Origin: an uncultured Actinomycetes bacterium
GTDB taxonomy: Bacteria > Actinomycetota > Thermoleophilia > Solirubrobacterales > 70-9
NCBI GenBank assembly: GCA_963832085.1
Contig: CAWHSU010000003.1
Span: 22,229 to 86,228 of the forward strand
Direction of reading: 5' to 3'
DNA length: 64,000 nucleotides
Shown: in pieces, positions 54,828 to 64,000 of the stretch
Numbering within the stretch: position 1 is the stretch's first letter
How the letters are laid out: each line of letters opens with the position of its first letter
Notes under the pieces: model-generated
Told to the model about the DNA's origin: nothing
Databases searched by the model: none
Seen by the model: only the letters and a program-made list of their open reading frames with translations
Made by a program: the position numbers and the translations under genes

Positions 54828-56273
54828 TTGGACGTTCCCCCGCAAGCGATCGTCATCTTCGGTGCCACCGGCGACCTGGCGCGGCGGAAGCTGCTGCCGG
54901 GGTTGCTGCGGCTTTTTCAGGCGGAGCTGATGCCGGAGTTCCGGATCGTCGGGGTGTCGATGGAGGAGATCAACGACGCCCGCTTCCGGGCGATCGCCGA
55001 AGAGGCCTGCCGCGAGTTCGCCCGCCACGCCTTCGGCGGCGAGGAGTGGCACGAGTTCTCCGCTCGGCTCTCCTACGTGCCGCACTCCTCGGCGCCGGAG
55101 GGGCTGAAGGAGGCGGTCGACAGGGCCGAAGCGGACCTCGGCCCACAGATGCGCCTGCTCCACTACCTGAGCGTGCCGCCGACGGCCGCCCCCGACGTGA
55201 TCCAGATGCTGCGGACCTGCGGCCTCTCGGAGCGCTCGCGGGTGATAATGGAGAAGCCGTTCGGGACCGACCTCGCCAGCGCCCGCAAGCTGAACGAGAT
55301 GGTCCACGAGGTCCTCGACGAGGACCAGGTCTTTCGCATCGACCACTTCCTCGGCAAAGAGGCGGCGCAGAACATCCTCGCCCTGCGCTTCGCCAACGGC
55401 CTCTTCGAGCCGATCTGGAACCGCAACCACATCGACCACATCCAGATCGACGTGCCGGAGACGCTCGGGGTCGGTTCGCGCGCGAAGTTCTACGAGAAGA
55501 CGGGCGCCTTCCGCGACATGGTCGTCACCCACCTGATGCAGATCCTCGGCTTCGTCGCGATGGAGCCGCCGACGGCGCTGGCGCCGGAACCGATCACCGA
55601 GGAGAAGGACAAAGTCTTTCGCAGCCTGCAGCCGCTCGACCCCTCCCAGGTGGTGCGCGGGCAGTACGAGGGCTACCGCGAAGAGCCCGGCGTCGACCCC
55701 GACTCCAGCACCGAGACCTTCGTCGCCCTGCGCTGCGAAATCGACAACTGGCGCTGGAGCGGCGTCCCCTTCTTCCTGCGCACCGGCAAGCGGATGGGCG
55801 ACAACGCTCGCATCATCTCGATCGCCTTCCGCGAGCCGCCGCACGCGATGTTCCCCCAGGACTCCCGGGTCGGTCGCTACGGCCCCGACCACCTCACCTT
55901 CGACCTCCACGAGTCCTCCCGCGTCTCGCTCTCCTTCTACGGCAAGCGGCCGGGGATGGGGATGGTGCTGGAGAAGGCGAGCATGCAGTTCTCGCTGGAG
56001 GAAACCGACTACCGCGGCGAGGCGGTCGAGGCCTACGAGCGGCTGATCCGCGATGCGATGATCGGCGACCGCACCCTCTTCACCACCGCCCGCGGGATCG
56101 AGCGGCTCTGGGAGGTCGCCGAACCGCTGCTGCGGGACCCGTCGCCGGTGAAACCGTACCCGCAGGGCTCCTGGGGACCGACCGAGATCGGCGGCCTGAT
56201 CGCTCCCCACAGCTGGCGCCTGCCGTTCGCCCGCCGCTGGCGTGAGTCGCCTGCCGGGCTGAAGAACGGCTAG
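54828..56273 (+). CDS. zwf: glucose-6-phosphate dehydrogenase
   Basis: [19 protein letters not shown] (NADP site), RIDHFLGKE (active site) and MEPP. TTG start. Confidence 0.9.
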   Translation: MDVPPQAIVIFGATGDLARRKLLPGLLRLFQAELMPEFRIVGVSMEEINDARFRAIAEEACREFARHAFGGEEWHEFSARLSYVPHSSAPEGLKEAVDRAEADLGPQMRLLHYLSVPPTAAPDVIQMLRTCGLSERSRVIMEKPFGTDLASARKLNEMVHEVLDEDQVFRIDHFLGKEAAQNILALRFANGLFEPIWNRNHIDHIQIDVPETLGVGSRAKFYEKTGAFRDMVVTHLMQILGFVAMEPPTALAPEPITEEKDKVFRSLQPLDPSQVVRGQYEGYREEPGVDPDSSTETFVALRCEIDNWRWSGVPFFLRTGKRMGDNARIISIAFREPPHAMFPQDSRVGRYGPDHLTFDLHESSRVSLSFYGKRPGMGMVLEKASMQFSLEETDYRGEAVEAYERLIRDAMIGDRTLFTTARGIERLWEVAEPLLRDPSPVKPYPQGSWGPTEIGGLIAPHSWRLPFARRWRESPAGLKNG

Positions 56274-56902
56274 CCGAGCGCCGCCCGGATCTCGGCGATC
56301 GCCTGCGCGTTGTCGCGGAAGTGGACGGCCTTCATCCCGGCCGCTTCGGCGCCGTCGATGTTCGGCTGCAGGTCGTCGATGAACAGGCACTCCCCGGCCG
56401 GCGTCCCGAGCCGCTCCAGGGTCAGTTCGTAGATCCGCGCTTCCGGCTTGCGGCAGCCGACGAAGGCGGAGTCGACGATCTCCTCGAAGATCTCGTCGAC
56501 CGGCAGCATCGCGCGCCAGATCGGCTCCCACTCGCGCACGTTGTTGGTCAGCATCGCCATCTTCAGCCCGCTCGCCTTCAGCTCCCGCATCAGCTCGATC
56601 ATCTCCTCGTTCGGATGCAGGGCGCCCCAGAACTTCTGGCGGAAGTGGTGCAGGTGGGGGCGGTGGCCGAGGACCGTCTCCAGGCCGTCCTCGAGCCCCT
56701 CGACGAACTCGTCTTCGCTGATCTCCCCCCGCTCGAGCCGGAAGAGGGGGATCTCCTCGCCCTCCTCGAGCCCGACCCGCATCGCCTTGCCGAGGTTTTC
56801 GGGAGAGATCCCGCTGTCGTCCTGGAAGGCGGCGAAGGCGGCGAGCAGCGGCGTCGTCAGGACGCCGCCGAAGTCGGAGACGACCGCGCGGATCTCAGCC
56901 AT
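56270..56902 (-). CDS. HAD-superfamily hydrolase (subfamily IA)
   Basis: Start at [15 protein letters not shown] (DxG/DxD motif I). Motif II is LTNN. Motif IV is LFIDD. Upstream codons of the track ORF overlap the preceding gene. Confidence 0.8.
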   Translation of the reverse strand: MAEIRAVVSDFGGVLTTPLLAAFAAFQDDSGISPENLGKAMRVGLEEGEEIPLFRLERGEISEDEFVEGLEDGLETVLGHRPHLHHFRQKFWGALHPNEEMIELMRELKASGLKMAMLTNNVREWEPIWRAMLPVDEIFEEIVDSAFVGCRKPEARIYELTLERLGTPAGECLFIDDLQPNIDGAEAAGMKAVHFRDNAQAIAEIRAALG

Positions 56903-57290
56903 CGACGCTGCGGGAGACCTCGTAGGTGCCGAGCCCCTCGCGCCCCTCGATCGACCAGCGGAAGAAGGCGATCCGGGAATCGAGCCCCTGGCGGCGAACG
57001 GCAACCGAGCTGATCAGCGTCCCGGCCCCGCGCAGCGGCCGCATCTCCTCGATGCTCGGCCAGAGCTCGAGCGTGACCCGACGTTGCACCCCGTCCTCGC
57101 CGTACTCGGTCGATAACAGCGCTTCCTCGAAGGCGAGGGGGGCGCCGTCGGGGTCGCAGAGGACCGCGGTGACCTCCTCGTCGCCGTGCGCCCGGCCGCC
57201 CGCCGGCAGCGACGAGGTGACGGCGAGGAGCCCCCCGTCGGAGAACACGACCCCGATCGACCGCCGCACGATCTGACCCTCCTGGCTCAT
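56895..57290 (-). CDS. hypothetical 131-aa protein
   Basis: 8-nt overlap with the HAD gene start suggests an operon. No recognised domain. Confidence 0.4.
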   Translation of the reverse strand: MSQEGQIVRRSIGVVFSDGGLLAVTSSLPAGGRAHGDEEVTAVLCDPDGAPLAFEEALLSTEYGEDGVQRRVTLELWPSIEEMRPLRGAGTLISSVAVRRQGLDSRIAFFRWSIEGREGLGTYEVSRSVDG

Positions 57291-57315
57291 GCCCGGCAGC
57301 CTAGTGATTGCAGAA

Positions 57316-57367
57316 GGGTGTGGTTGAGCTTTGGTGCCTCATAGGGGGCCAAAGCTCAACCACACCC
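57316..57367. repeat. 19-bp perfect hairpin GGGTGTGGTTGAGCTTTGG / CCAAAGCTCAACCACACCC in a divergent promoter region
   Basis: 14-nt loop. It ends 22 nt before ATG 57390. It shares the GTGT..TGAGCTTT / AAAGCTCA..ACAC core with 62150-62195. Confidence 0.6.
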
Positions 57368-57389
57368 CGTCGTTCTAGATTGCGGTGCC

Positions 57390-57932
57390 ATGACCGCCCT
57401 CAGCATTCGCGATGCCGACCCCGCCCGCGACGCCGCCGCCTGCGTTGCGATCTACGCCCCGCACATCGAGGAGAGCGCCGTCTCCTTCGAGGAACGGGCA
57501 CCGGAGGCGGGGGAGATGGCGACGCGGATCGAGCGCTACGGCGCCAGCCACGCCTGGCTTGTCGCCGAGATCGAGGGGGAGGTGGTCGGTTACGCCTACG
57601 CGACCGCCTTCAACGAGCGGCCCGCCTACCGCTGGAGCGCCAGTGTCTCCGTCTACGTCGGCGAGAGCGCTCGCGGCCACGGCGTCGGCCGCGCCCTCTA
57701 CGAAGCCCTCTTCGACCGCCTGCGCGAGCGCGGCTTCCGCATGGCCTGCGCCGGGATCACGCTGCCGAACGAGGCGAGCGTCGGCCTGCACGAGAGCCTC
57801 GGCTTCGAGCGGGTGGGGGTGAACCGCGAGATCGGCTGGAAGCACGGCGCCTGGCACGACGTCGGCTGGTACCAGCTGGAGCTGGCGCCGGCGGGGGAGG
57901 GGCCGCCCCCGGAGCCCCAACTGCCGGGCTGA
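57390..57932 (+). CDS. GNAT N-acetyltransferase, phosphinothricin/arsinothricin acetyltransferase-like
   Basis: IRDADPARDAAACVAIYAPHIEESAVSFEE..., GYAYATAFNERPAYRWSASVSVYV and RGHGVGRALYEALF are typical of the PAT subfamily. Confidence 0.8.
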   Translation: MTALSIRDADPARDAAACVAIYAPHIEESAVSFEERAPEAGEMATRIERYGASHAWLVAEIEGEVVGYAYATAFNERPAYRWSASVSVYVGESARGHGVGRALYEALFDRLRERGFRMACAGITLPNEASVGLHESLGFERVGVNREIGWKHGAWHDVGWYQLELAPAGEGPPPEPQLPG

Positions 57933-57958
57933 GCCGGCCGCCCGGCTACCATGCAGGG

Positions 57959-58297
57959 ATGAGCGATAACCCCGCACCGACCGACGCGACCAGCGACGAA
58001 ACCCTCACCGAGGAGGACGTCTACGAGGCGCTCGAGGAGGTCATCGACCCCGAGCTCGGCCTCGACTTCGTCAACCTCGGCCTCGTCTACGACGTCAACA
58101 TCGAGGGCACCGAGGTCTACGTCACCTTCACCCTGACGACCCCCGCCTGCCCGATCGGCCCCCAGGTCTCCGAGCAGATGCGCGAGTTCGTCGGCGACCT
58201 CCCGGGCGTCACCGCGGTCCACCCGAAGATGGTCTTCGATCCCGCGTGGAGCCCGGAACTGATGTCCGAGGAGGCGAAGTTCGCCCTGGGGTTCTAG
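57959..58297 (+). CDS. DUF59/SufT-like metal-sulfur cluster assembly factor
   Basis: VYEALEEVIDPELGLDFVNLGLVYDV...VTFTLTTPACPIGP. Confidence 0.8.
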   Translation: MSDNPAPTDATSDETLTEEDVYEALEEVIDPELGLDFVNLGLVYDVNIEGTEVYVTFTLTTPACPIGPQVSEQMREFVGDLPGVTAVHPKMVFDPAWSPELMSEEAKFALGF

Positions 58298-59547
58298 GAA
58301 AGCCGGACCGGCAGCGTTTTCAGCTGGTTGAGGAAGCCCGACTCGACGAAGGCGGGCTGTCCCGCCATCTCCGTGTTCGGGTAGCGCGCCAGGGTCTCCT
58401 CGAGGAGGATCTTCAGCTCGAGGCGGGCGAGAGCGGTGCCGAGGCAGAAGTGACGGCCGCCGGCGCCGAAGGCCTGGTGCTCGGGATTGCGGAGGACGTC
58501 GAAGCGGTCGGGATCCTCGTAGCGGCTCTCGTCGCGGTTCGATGAGGCGTACCACATGACCACCTTGTCGCCCTCTTTGATCTGCTGGCCGCCGAGCTCG
58601 GTGTCCTTGGTCGCGGTGCGGCGGAAGTGGGCGAAGGCGGGAAACATCCGCAGCGCCTCCTCGACCGCGCCGGGGATCAGGGCGGGGTCCTCGACCAGCA
58701 GCCGGCGCTGATCGGGATTTTCCATCAGCGCCCGCATGGCGCTGGAGTAGGTGGCCTTGGTGCTGTCGTTGCCGGCGGCGACGAGGAGGAAGAAACCCAT
58801 CACGATCTCGTGCTCCTCGAGGCGCTGGCCTTCGACCTCGGCCTCGACGAGGACGCTGGTCAGGTCGTCGGTCGGGTTCTCGCGGCGCTCGGCGATCATC
58901 GCGCCGCAACGGGCGAAGACCTGCTGGATCGCTTCCTGGATCGTCTCTTCGACGTTGTCGACCGAGGGGCTGTAGTCGGGGTCGCTGGCAGCAAGGGCCA
59001 TGTTCATCAGATCCGCCCAGGCCTGGTCGTCTTCCTCCGGAATCCCCATGAAGCTGCCGATCACCCGCGAGACGGCGGGCTGGGCGACGTCGGTGACCAG
59101 ATCGCATGAGTCCCGGCCCTCCAACCGGTCGAGCACGCCGACGACGATCTCGCGGATCTCGTCCTCGTGGGCGGCGATCCGCTTCGGCGTGAACCCGGCC
59201 TGGAAGAGGGCCTTGAGCCGGTCGTGCTTGGGCGGGTCCATGCCGATGAACATCGCCCGCGCCAGCTCGATCGGGAAGACCTCGTCGATCACGACCACGC
59301 CCCCGAGTTCGGAGGAGTAGGTCTCCCAGTCGCGACTGACCGTGTGGACGTCGTCGGCTTTGGTCACCGACCAGAAGCCCTTGGCGGCGGGGAGCTCGGT
59401 GACCTCCGAGGTCCAGTGGACGGGACACTCGCCCCGCATCCGCTTGAACAGCTCGAGCGGCGGCCCCTGTTCCCAGTGCTCTCGCTCCAGCACCAGCGCG
59501 TCTCTGACGTCGCCGTCCCCGGCCGCGATCTCTCTCTGGTCCGCCAC
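58294..59547 (-). CDS. cytochrome P450
   Basis: The I-helix is VAAGNDST. EALR (ExxR) is present. Heme loop is FGAGGRHFCLGTALAR. The GTG start at 59547 gives a 417-aa protein. The upstream 156 codons of the track ORF are Arg/Pro/Gly-rich and not protein-like. Confidence 0.9.
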   Translation of the reverse strand: MADQREIAAGDGDVRDALVLEREHWEQGPPLELFKRMRGECPVHWTSEVTELPAAKGFWSVTKADDVHTVSRDWETYSSELGGVVVIDEVFPIELARAMFIGMDPPKHDRLKALFQAGFTPKRIAAHEDEIREIVVGVLDRLEGRDSCDLVTDVAQPAVSRVIGSFMGIPEEDDQAWADLMNMALAASDPDYSPSVDNVEETIQEAIQQVFARCGAMIAERRENPTDDLTSVLVEAEVEGQRLEEHEIVMGFFLLVAAGNDSTKATYSSAMRALMENPDQRRLLVEDPALIPGAVEEALRMFPAFAHFRRTATKDTELGGQQIKEGDKVVMWYASSNRDESRYEDPDRFDVLRNPEHQAFGAGGRHFCLGTALARLELKILLEETLARYPNTEMAGQPAFVESGFLNQLKTLPVRLS

Positions 59548-59560
59548 GGCCCTGAATACT

Positions 59561-59580
59561 AACTGGCTGGCTGGCCAGTT
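59561..59580. promoter_or_regulatory. palindrome AACTGGC-TGGCTG-GCCAGTT upstream of the P450 gene (operator candidate)
   Basis: 7-bp arms lie 14-33 nt upstream of the P450 start. On the coding strand it is followed by TAGTAT 8 nt before the GTG. Confidence 0.4.
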
Positions 59581-59594
59581 TGAACGACCCGCCT

Positions 59595-60119
59595 TTACGG
59601 TCCCGACGGCCGCAGTCGGAAGAGCAGGTGGGGCAGGCCGGCGTGGATGGCCTCCCCGTCCTTCGCGAACCCCACTTTCTCCGCCACCCGCCGGGAGGCG
59701 AGGTTCGCCGGCAGCACCAGTGCGATCACCTCCTCGAAGCGCAGCTCGACCGCCCACTCGACCGCCGCTGCCGCCGCCTCGGTCCCCAATCCTCGGCCGT
59801 GGAGGCGGGGCTCGATGCTCCAGGGAAGCTCGACCTGGGCGGTGCCCTCGACCGAGGTCCAGGCGAGGCCGCCGCGGCCGGCGAACTCGCCGCTCTCCTT
59901 CTCGATCAGGACCCAGGGCCCGAAGCCGTGGTCGGCCCAGTGGGCGCAGTCGCCTTCGACCAGCTCGTCGAGCACCCGTGCCTCGAACGGCGGCAGCGGC
60001 GGCGGGCGCAGCCACCTTTCGACGACGGGATGTGTGAAGTGGGCATGGTAGGCGGCCCGGTCCTCAGGGGTCGGCCGACGGGCCAAAAGCCGCCGCGTCT
60101 GCCGTGCCCCGTCCGCCAA
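59595..60119 (-). CDS. GNAT-family N-acetyltransferase (RimJ/RimL-like)
   Basis: GFGPWVLIEKESGEFAGRGGL... and HGRGLGTEAAAAAVEWA (acetyl-CoA motif). Confidence 0.8.
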   Translation of the reverse strand: MADGARQTRRLLARRPTPEDRAAYHAHFTHPVVERWLRPPPLPPFEARVLDELVEGDCAHWADHGFGPWVLIEKESGEFAGRGGLAWTSVEGTAQVELPWSIEPRLHGRGLGTEAAAAAVEWAVELRFEEVIALVLPANLASRRVAEKVGFAKDGEAIHAGLPHLLFRLRPSGP

Positions 60120-60121
60120 CT

Positions 60122-60637
60122 TCAGCCTCGATCGGAGGGGGGAAGCCGGGGCTCCCGGTCGCCCTGGGGCGGCACCTCTTCGGCGCTGGCGTCGAAGTCG
60201 TAGTCGCGGCTGGGCGGCGGGCCGCCGGGGGGCGGACCGAACGGCCCGGGGCCGCCACCGCCCATGCCGACGACCGCGAAGCGCCCGATCGTCAGCCGTT
60301 TCAGCAGCCGCCGCGCGATCGCCCGCGTCGGCGGCAGCAGCAGGAAGAGCCCGAAGACGTCGGTCAGGAAGCCGGGCGTCAGCAGCAGGGTGCCGCCGAT
60401 CACGATCAGCACCCCGTCGGCCACCTCCCTGCCCGGGAAGCGCCGCGCCGCCAGCGCTTCATTGAAGCGCCGCCAGGCGCTCCGCCCCTCGCGTTTGAGC
60501 AGCATCGACCCGAGCACGGCGTCGGCCAGCAGCAGGATCAGCGTCGGCACGACGCCGATCGCCTGCCCGACCTGGATGATCACGTAGAGCTCCGCGATCG
60601 GGATGACGATGAAGAGGAGGACGAGGAGAAGGGGCAT
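60122..60637 (-). CDS. FxsA-family membrane protein
   Basis: MPLLLVLLFIVIPIAELYVIIQVGQAIG... and LLLTPGFLTDVFGLFLLLPPTR are typical FxsA blocks. The tail is Gly/Pro-rich. Confidence 0.8.
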   Translation of the reverse strand: MPLLLVLLFIVIPIAELYVIIQVGQAIGVVPTLILLLADAVLGSMLLKREGRSAWRRFNEALAARRFPGREVADGVLIVIGGTLLLTPGFLTDVFGLFLLLPPTRAIARRLLKRLTIGRFAVVGMGGGGPGPFGPPPGGPPPSRDYDFDASAEEVPPQGDREPRLPPSDRG

Positions 60638-60669
60638 CTCGGTTCTCCCGCTACCCGTGGGAAAAGCGG

Positions 60670-62085
60670 CTAAGCCGCTTTGGCGGCTTTGCCCGCCGCC
60701 GCCTCGAGCTCGGCCAGGGATTCGTTGAGGCCGTTGCTGACGACGTCGATGTCTCCCATCGAGTCGTAGTCGGCCAGCAGCCCGAACCCGACCTTGCCGT
60801 GGTAGCTCATGATCGCCACCGCCAGGGAGTGGTTCTGCGGCAGGAAGGCGACCGGGAAGACTTCCTCGAGTTCGCGCCCCAGCACGTAGAGCGGCAGCTG
60901 CGGTCCCGGCACGTTGGTGACGATCAGGTTGAAGAGACGGGTCGAGAAGTTGATCCGCGCGGCCTGGGCGAGGATCGTCGGCGGCGCGAAGTCGTTGAAG
61001 CGAGAGATCACTTCCGCCCCCAGCGCTTGTTTGGAGCGCTTCAGCCCGGCCATCGCGTCGCTGACCGTGCGCAGCCGCCGCACCGGGTCCTCGATGTAGA
61101 CCGGCAGCGGCCCCCGCATCAATGCGATCCGGTTGCCGAGGTTGCCGCGCTCGTCCTCGCTGCGGACCGAGACCGGCACCAGTGCCCGCAGCTCCAGACC
61201 CTCGGTGCGGATGCCGCGGCCGTGCAGCCACCTGCGCAGGGCGCCGGTGATGACGGCGAGGACGACGTCGTTGACGGTGCCGCCGAGGTTGTCCTTGATC
61301 CGTTTGAAGGCGGCGAGCTCCGAACGCGCCCAGACGTAGCGGCGGTGGGGCCCGATCTCGTCGTTCAGCGGCACGTCCGGCGCCGGGTCGGCGAAGGCGC
61401 TGACGATCTCCCCGACGCCCTCCAGCGCCTCGACCGCCTTGCGCGCCGTCGTCTCCGGGTTGCGGACGACGTCGACCGCGCGCTCGGCGAGCTTGACCGG
61501 GGCGGCGACCGCGTCGGCGATCCCGCGCGCGACCAGCTCGGTGGTGCCGGGTTCCGGCTGCGGCACCCAGTCGTCCTCGAGCTCGAGCGGAGCGGCGTCG
61601 CGCTCGAGGTCGAAGAGAACCGTGCCGATGTCGACCCCGGAGATCCCGTCGACCATCGCGTGATGGGTCTTGGTCAGGATCGCAAAGCGGTTGCGCTCCA
61701 GGTTCTGCGCCAGCCACAGCTCCCAGAGCGGCTTCGAGCGGTCGAGCTGCTGGGAGAAGATGCGGCCGGCGAGCCGTTTCAGCTGCTCCTCGCCGCCCGG
61801 TTCGGGCAGCGCGGTGTGGCGGATGTGGTAGGTGAGGTTGAAGTTGACGTCGTCGGCCCAGAGCGGCCGGCCGGCCTCCAGCGGCGGCACCACCAGCTTC
61901 TGGCGGAACCGCGGCACCAGCGGCAGGCGCTTGCGGACGTGCTCGACCAGGTCGTTGTATTTCGGCGGCGGCCCCTCGAAGATGAGGATCGCGCCGATGT
62001 GCATGTGGCTGCTGGAGCTCTCGTTGGTCAGGAACGAGGCGTCGACAGCGGTGAGGCGGTCGAGGTGGCGGCCGGAGGTTGCCAT
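60670..62085 (-). CDS. wax ester synthase / diacylglycerol acyltransferase (WS/DGAT)
   Basis: HMHIGAILIFEGP, catalytic HHAMVDGISG (HHxxxDG) and NVPGP. Confidence 0.9.
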   Translation of the reverse strand: MATSGRHLDRLTAVDASFLTNESSSSHMHIGAILIFEGPPPKYNDLVEHVRKRLPLVPRFRQKLVVPPLEAGRPLWADDVNFNLTYHIRHTALPEPGGEEQLKRLAGRIFSQQLDRSKPLWELWLAQNLERNRFAILTKTHHAMVDGISGVDIGTVLFDLERDAAPLELEDDWVPQPEPGTTELVARGIADAVAAPVKLAERAVDVVRNPETTARKAVEALEGVGEIVSAFADPAPDVPLNDEIGPHRRYVWARSELAAFKRIKDNLGGTVNDVVLAVITGALRRWLHGRGIRTEGLELRALVPVSVRSEDERGNLGNRIALMRGPLPVYIEDPVRRLRTVSDAMAGLKRSKQALGAEVISRFNDFAPPTILAQAARINFSTRLFNLIVTNVPGPQLPLYVLGRELEEVFPVAFLPQNHSLAVAIMSYHGKVGFGLLADYDSMGDIDVVSNGLNESLAELEAAAGKAAKAA

Positions 62086-62149
62086 CCAGCAAGGCTACTT
62101 ATGCCGCAATTTCGGGGCTCGCTCGCCCCATCTACCGCAAGGCAGCGAC

Positions 62150-62195
62150 CGTGTCTGAGCTTTCCCGTCGTCTTTGTGGGTCAAGCTCAGACACG
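62150..62195. repeat. 13-bp perfect hairpin CGTGTCTGAGCTT / AAGCTCAGACACG in a divergent promoter region
   Basis: 20-nt loop. It ends 20 nt before ispH ATG 62216. Its core is related to the 57316-57367 hairpin. Confidence 0.55.
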
Positions 62196-62215
62196 TCCCC
62201 CGGTACCCTGGGGGC

Positions 62216-63181
62216 ATGGCTGCCACCGCCACCGCGCCCAAACGGGTGCTCCTCGCCGCCCCCCGCGGCTACTGCGCCGGCGTCGACCGCGCCGTGCAGA
62301 CGGTCGAGCGCGCGCTTGAGCTCCACGGCGCCCCCGTCTACGTGCGCAAGGAGATCGTCCACAACAAGCACGTGGTTGAGGAGCTGGCCAAGCGCGGGGC
62401 GATCTTCGTCGAGGAGGAGACCGAGGTGCCGGAGGGCGCGATGGTCGTCTTCTCTGCCCACGGGGTCGCTCCCAGCGTCCACGAGAACGCCGCCGCCCGG
62501 CGGCTGCGGACGATCGACGCCACCTGCCCGCTGGTGACCAAGGTCCACGTTTCCGCCCGCCGCTTCGCCGCCCAGGGCTACACGATCATCATGATCGGCC
62601 ACGAGGGCCATGAGGAGGTCGAAGGCACGACCGGCGAGGCGCCCGGCAGCATCGTCCTGATCGAAACCGCCGACGAAGTCGAGAGCCTCGAGGTCCCCGA
62701 CCCGGACAAAGTCGCCTTCATCACCCAGACGACGCTCTCGGTCGACGAGACCGCCGAGGTGATCGCCGCCCTGCGCGCCAAGTTCCCCGGCATCGTCAGC
62801 TCCAAGTCCGACGACATCTGTTACGCGACCACCAACCGCCAGATCGCGGTCAAGCAGCTCGCCCGCGAGTGCGACCTGGTCCTGGTGATCGGCTCGACCA
62901 ACTCCTCCAACTCCAACCGCCTGGTCGAGGTCGCGCGCGAACACGGCGCGGCCTCGCACCTGATCGACAACCACACCCAGGTCCAGGAGGAGTGGCTGGA
63001 GGGCGTCGAGACCGTCGGCATCACCTCCGGCGCCTCCGCCCCCGAGGAGCTGGTCGAGAGCCTCGTCACCTTCTTCCGCCAGCGCGGCGCCGACGACGTC
63101 TCCGAGCTCCGGACCGTCCACGAGGACGTCCGCTTCATGCTCCCGAAGGAGATTCGCGAAGAGGTTGCGGCGCGGGCCTAG
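62216..63181 (+). CDS. ispH: 4-hydroxy-3-methylbut-2-enyl diphosphate reductase
   Basis: [15 protein letters not shown] (Cys1), [11 protein letters not shown] (Cys2), ICYATTNRQ (Cys3) and [13 protein letters not shown]. Confidence 0.9.
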   Translation: MAATATAPKRVLLAAPRGYCAGVDRAVQTVERALELHGAPVYVRKEIVHNKHVVEELAKRGAIFVEEETEVPEGAMVVFSAHGVAPSVHENAAARRLRTIDATCPLVTKVHVSARRFAAQGYTIIMIGHEGHEEVEGTTGEAPGSIVLIETADEVESLEVPDPDKVAFITQTTLSVDETAEVIAALRAKFPGIVSSKSDDICYATTNRQIAVKQLARECDLVLVIGSTNSSNSNRLVEVAREHGAASHLIDNHTQVQEEWLEGVETVGITSGASAPEELVESLVTFFRQRGADDVSELRTVHEDVRFMLPKEIREEVAARA

Positions 63182-63187
63182 CAGTCG

Positions 63188-63550
63188 TTACTCGTACGGC
63201 GCGTAGCGGTTGTGCAGCATCAGGTCGTTGCCGTCGGGGTCGGTGAACAGCGCCATGTGGCAGACGCCGGTGTCGAAGGTCTCGCCGGCGAACTCGACGC
63301 CTTTGGCTTCCAACTCCTTGCGGGCGGCGGGGACGTCGTCGACGTGCAGCGCCGGGTGGGCGTTTTTCTGGGGCGCGAACTCCATCCCCTGTTTCGCCGG
63401 TTCCCAGATCCCGAAGCAGGTCTCGCCGACCCAGAACTCGAAGCGGCTGTTTTCGTCTTGCTTGAGGCCGAGGGTGTCGACGTAGAAGGCGCGGGTGCGC
63501 TCGGCGTCGGTGGACGGAACGCCGACGAAGTCGGTCTTGGTGATCATCAT
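63188..63550 (-). CDS. VOC-family (glyoxalase/bleomycin-resistance fold) protein
   Basis: FVGVPSTDAERTRAFYVDTLGL... and HMALFTDPDGNDLMLH. Confidence 0.8.
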   Translation of the reverse strand: MMITKTDFVGVPSTDAERTRAFYVDTLGLKQDENSRFEFWVGETCFGIWEPAKQGMEFAPQKNAHPALHVDDVPAARKELEAKGVEFAGETFDTGVCHMALFTDPDGNDLMLHNRYAPYE

Positions 63551-63568
63551 TCCTCCTCGTGACTGGGT

Positions 63569-64000
63569 TCAGGGGATGCCGGGGGCGAAGCTTAGGGACC
63601 AGATCTTGACGCCTGGGGCGGGGCGGAGGACGAGGTTGTGGGCCGCGTGGCCCGGGTGCTCGGCCAGGGTGCGGAGGCCGGGGACGGGGCCGGCCGGAAC
63701 GCTGCTCCACCCGCCGTCGATCTCGACCCCGATCTCGCCCACCCCCTCGACCGTGGCGAAGGCCCCGCCCGCCTGGTAGTCGAGCGCCAGGTCCTCGCCG
63801 TCCTCCCCCGCCACCCAGGGGCGCTCCCAGGAACCGCCGGGGAAGACCTCGGGCGTGGGAGGGATCACCCGCGCTCCGGGACCGTCGGTGGGCCGCAGCG
63901 GCGCCATCGGCTCGGGCAGCTCCTGCAGCGCGTCCTGCTCCCGCAGCTCGGCCTGGATCGCTTCCTCGGTCGCCCGGTATTCGCCCTCGCCGAAGTGCAC
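63569..64000 (-). CDS. C-terminal part of an unidentified protein (5' end beyond window)
   Basis: Open to the window edge. The sequence (…GEDLALDYQAGGAFATVEGVGEIGVEIDG…LVLRPAPGVKIWSLSFAPG) resembles the beta-sandwich tails found after redoxin/DipZ-type proteins, but this is only an impression. Confidence 0.35.
   Translation of the reverse strand: MHFGEGEYRATEEAIQAELREQDALQELPEPMAPLRPTDGPGARVIPPTPEVFPGGSWERPWVAGEDGEDLALDYQAGGAFATVEGVGEIGVEIDGGWSSVPAGPVPGLRTLAEHPGHAAHNLVLRPAPGVKIWSLSFAPGIP

Overview
The window reads as high-GC (about 70% by eye, not computed) Actinomycetota-type chromosome, densely coded on both strands. This is supported by lysA-hom-thrC-thrB synteny, MarP-like protease, AddAB/AdnAB-type helicase-nuclease, WS/DGAT, LLM oxidoreductase and P450. 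Most of it is housekeeping or catabolic:
- tRNA-Thr(UGU)
- a fused PlsC-GpsA gene
- an ECF sigma / anti-sigma pair
- rhomboid protease
- a beta-oxidation set (hbd, thiolase, three acyl-CoA dehydrogenases)
- a CDF exporter
- gltB
- a class-B-type PBP
- xseAB, zwf and ispH

No rRNA, CRISPR array, transposase or integrase was seen.

The best candidate for an undescribed system is a three-gene, translationally coupled minus-strand operon at 20.6-23.3 kb. It contains:
- a 199-aa precursor-like protein with two tandem nitrile-hydratase-like leader (NHLP) domains and a C-terminal Cys/Ser/Thr-rich 13-mer (VNTTRCCASGTCS)
- a stand-alone LanM-type dehydratase/kinase domain protein (DUF4135) with no LanC cyclase domain
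- a 174-aa secreted protein

No cyclase, leader protease or exporter is encoded nearby.

Other signals worth a second look:
- Two inverted copies of a ~142-nt structured element at 12.9-13.3 kb. Their long closing stems differ in sequence but keep pairing.
- A near-identical 23-nt palindromic operator upstream of two separate fatty-acid catabolic promoters.
- Two families of long hairpins that recur at distant loci.
- A run of disrupted genes between 28.3 and 41.6 kb (gltB, FHA protein, PD40 propeller, SRPBCC, a lipoprotein and a Gly-rich protein all need frame corrections). This is either local gene decay or local indel errors in the assembly.

Many long ORFs in the track are antisense or off-frame artefacts of high GC and were not called.
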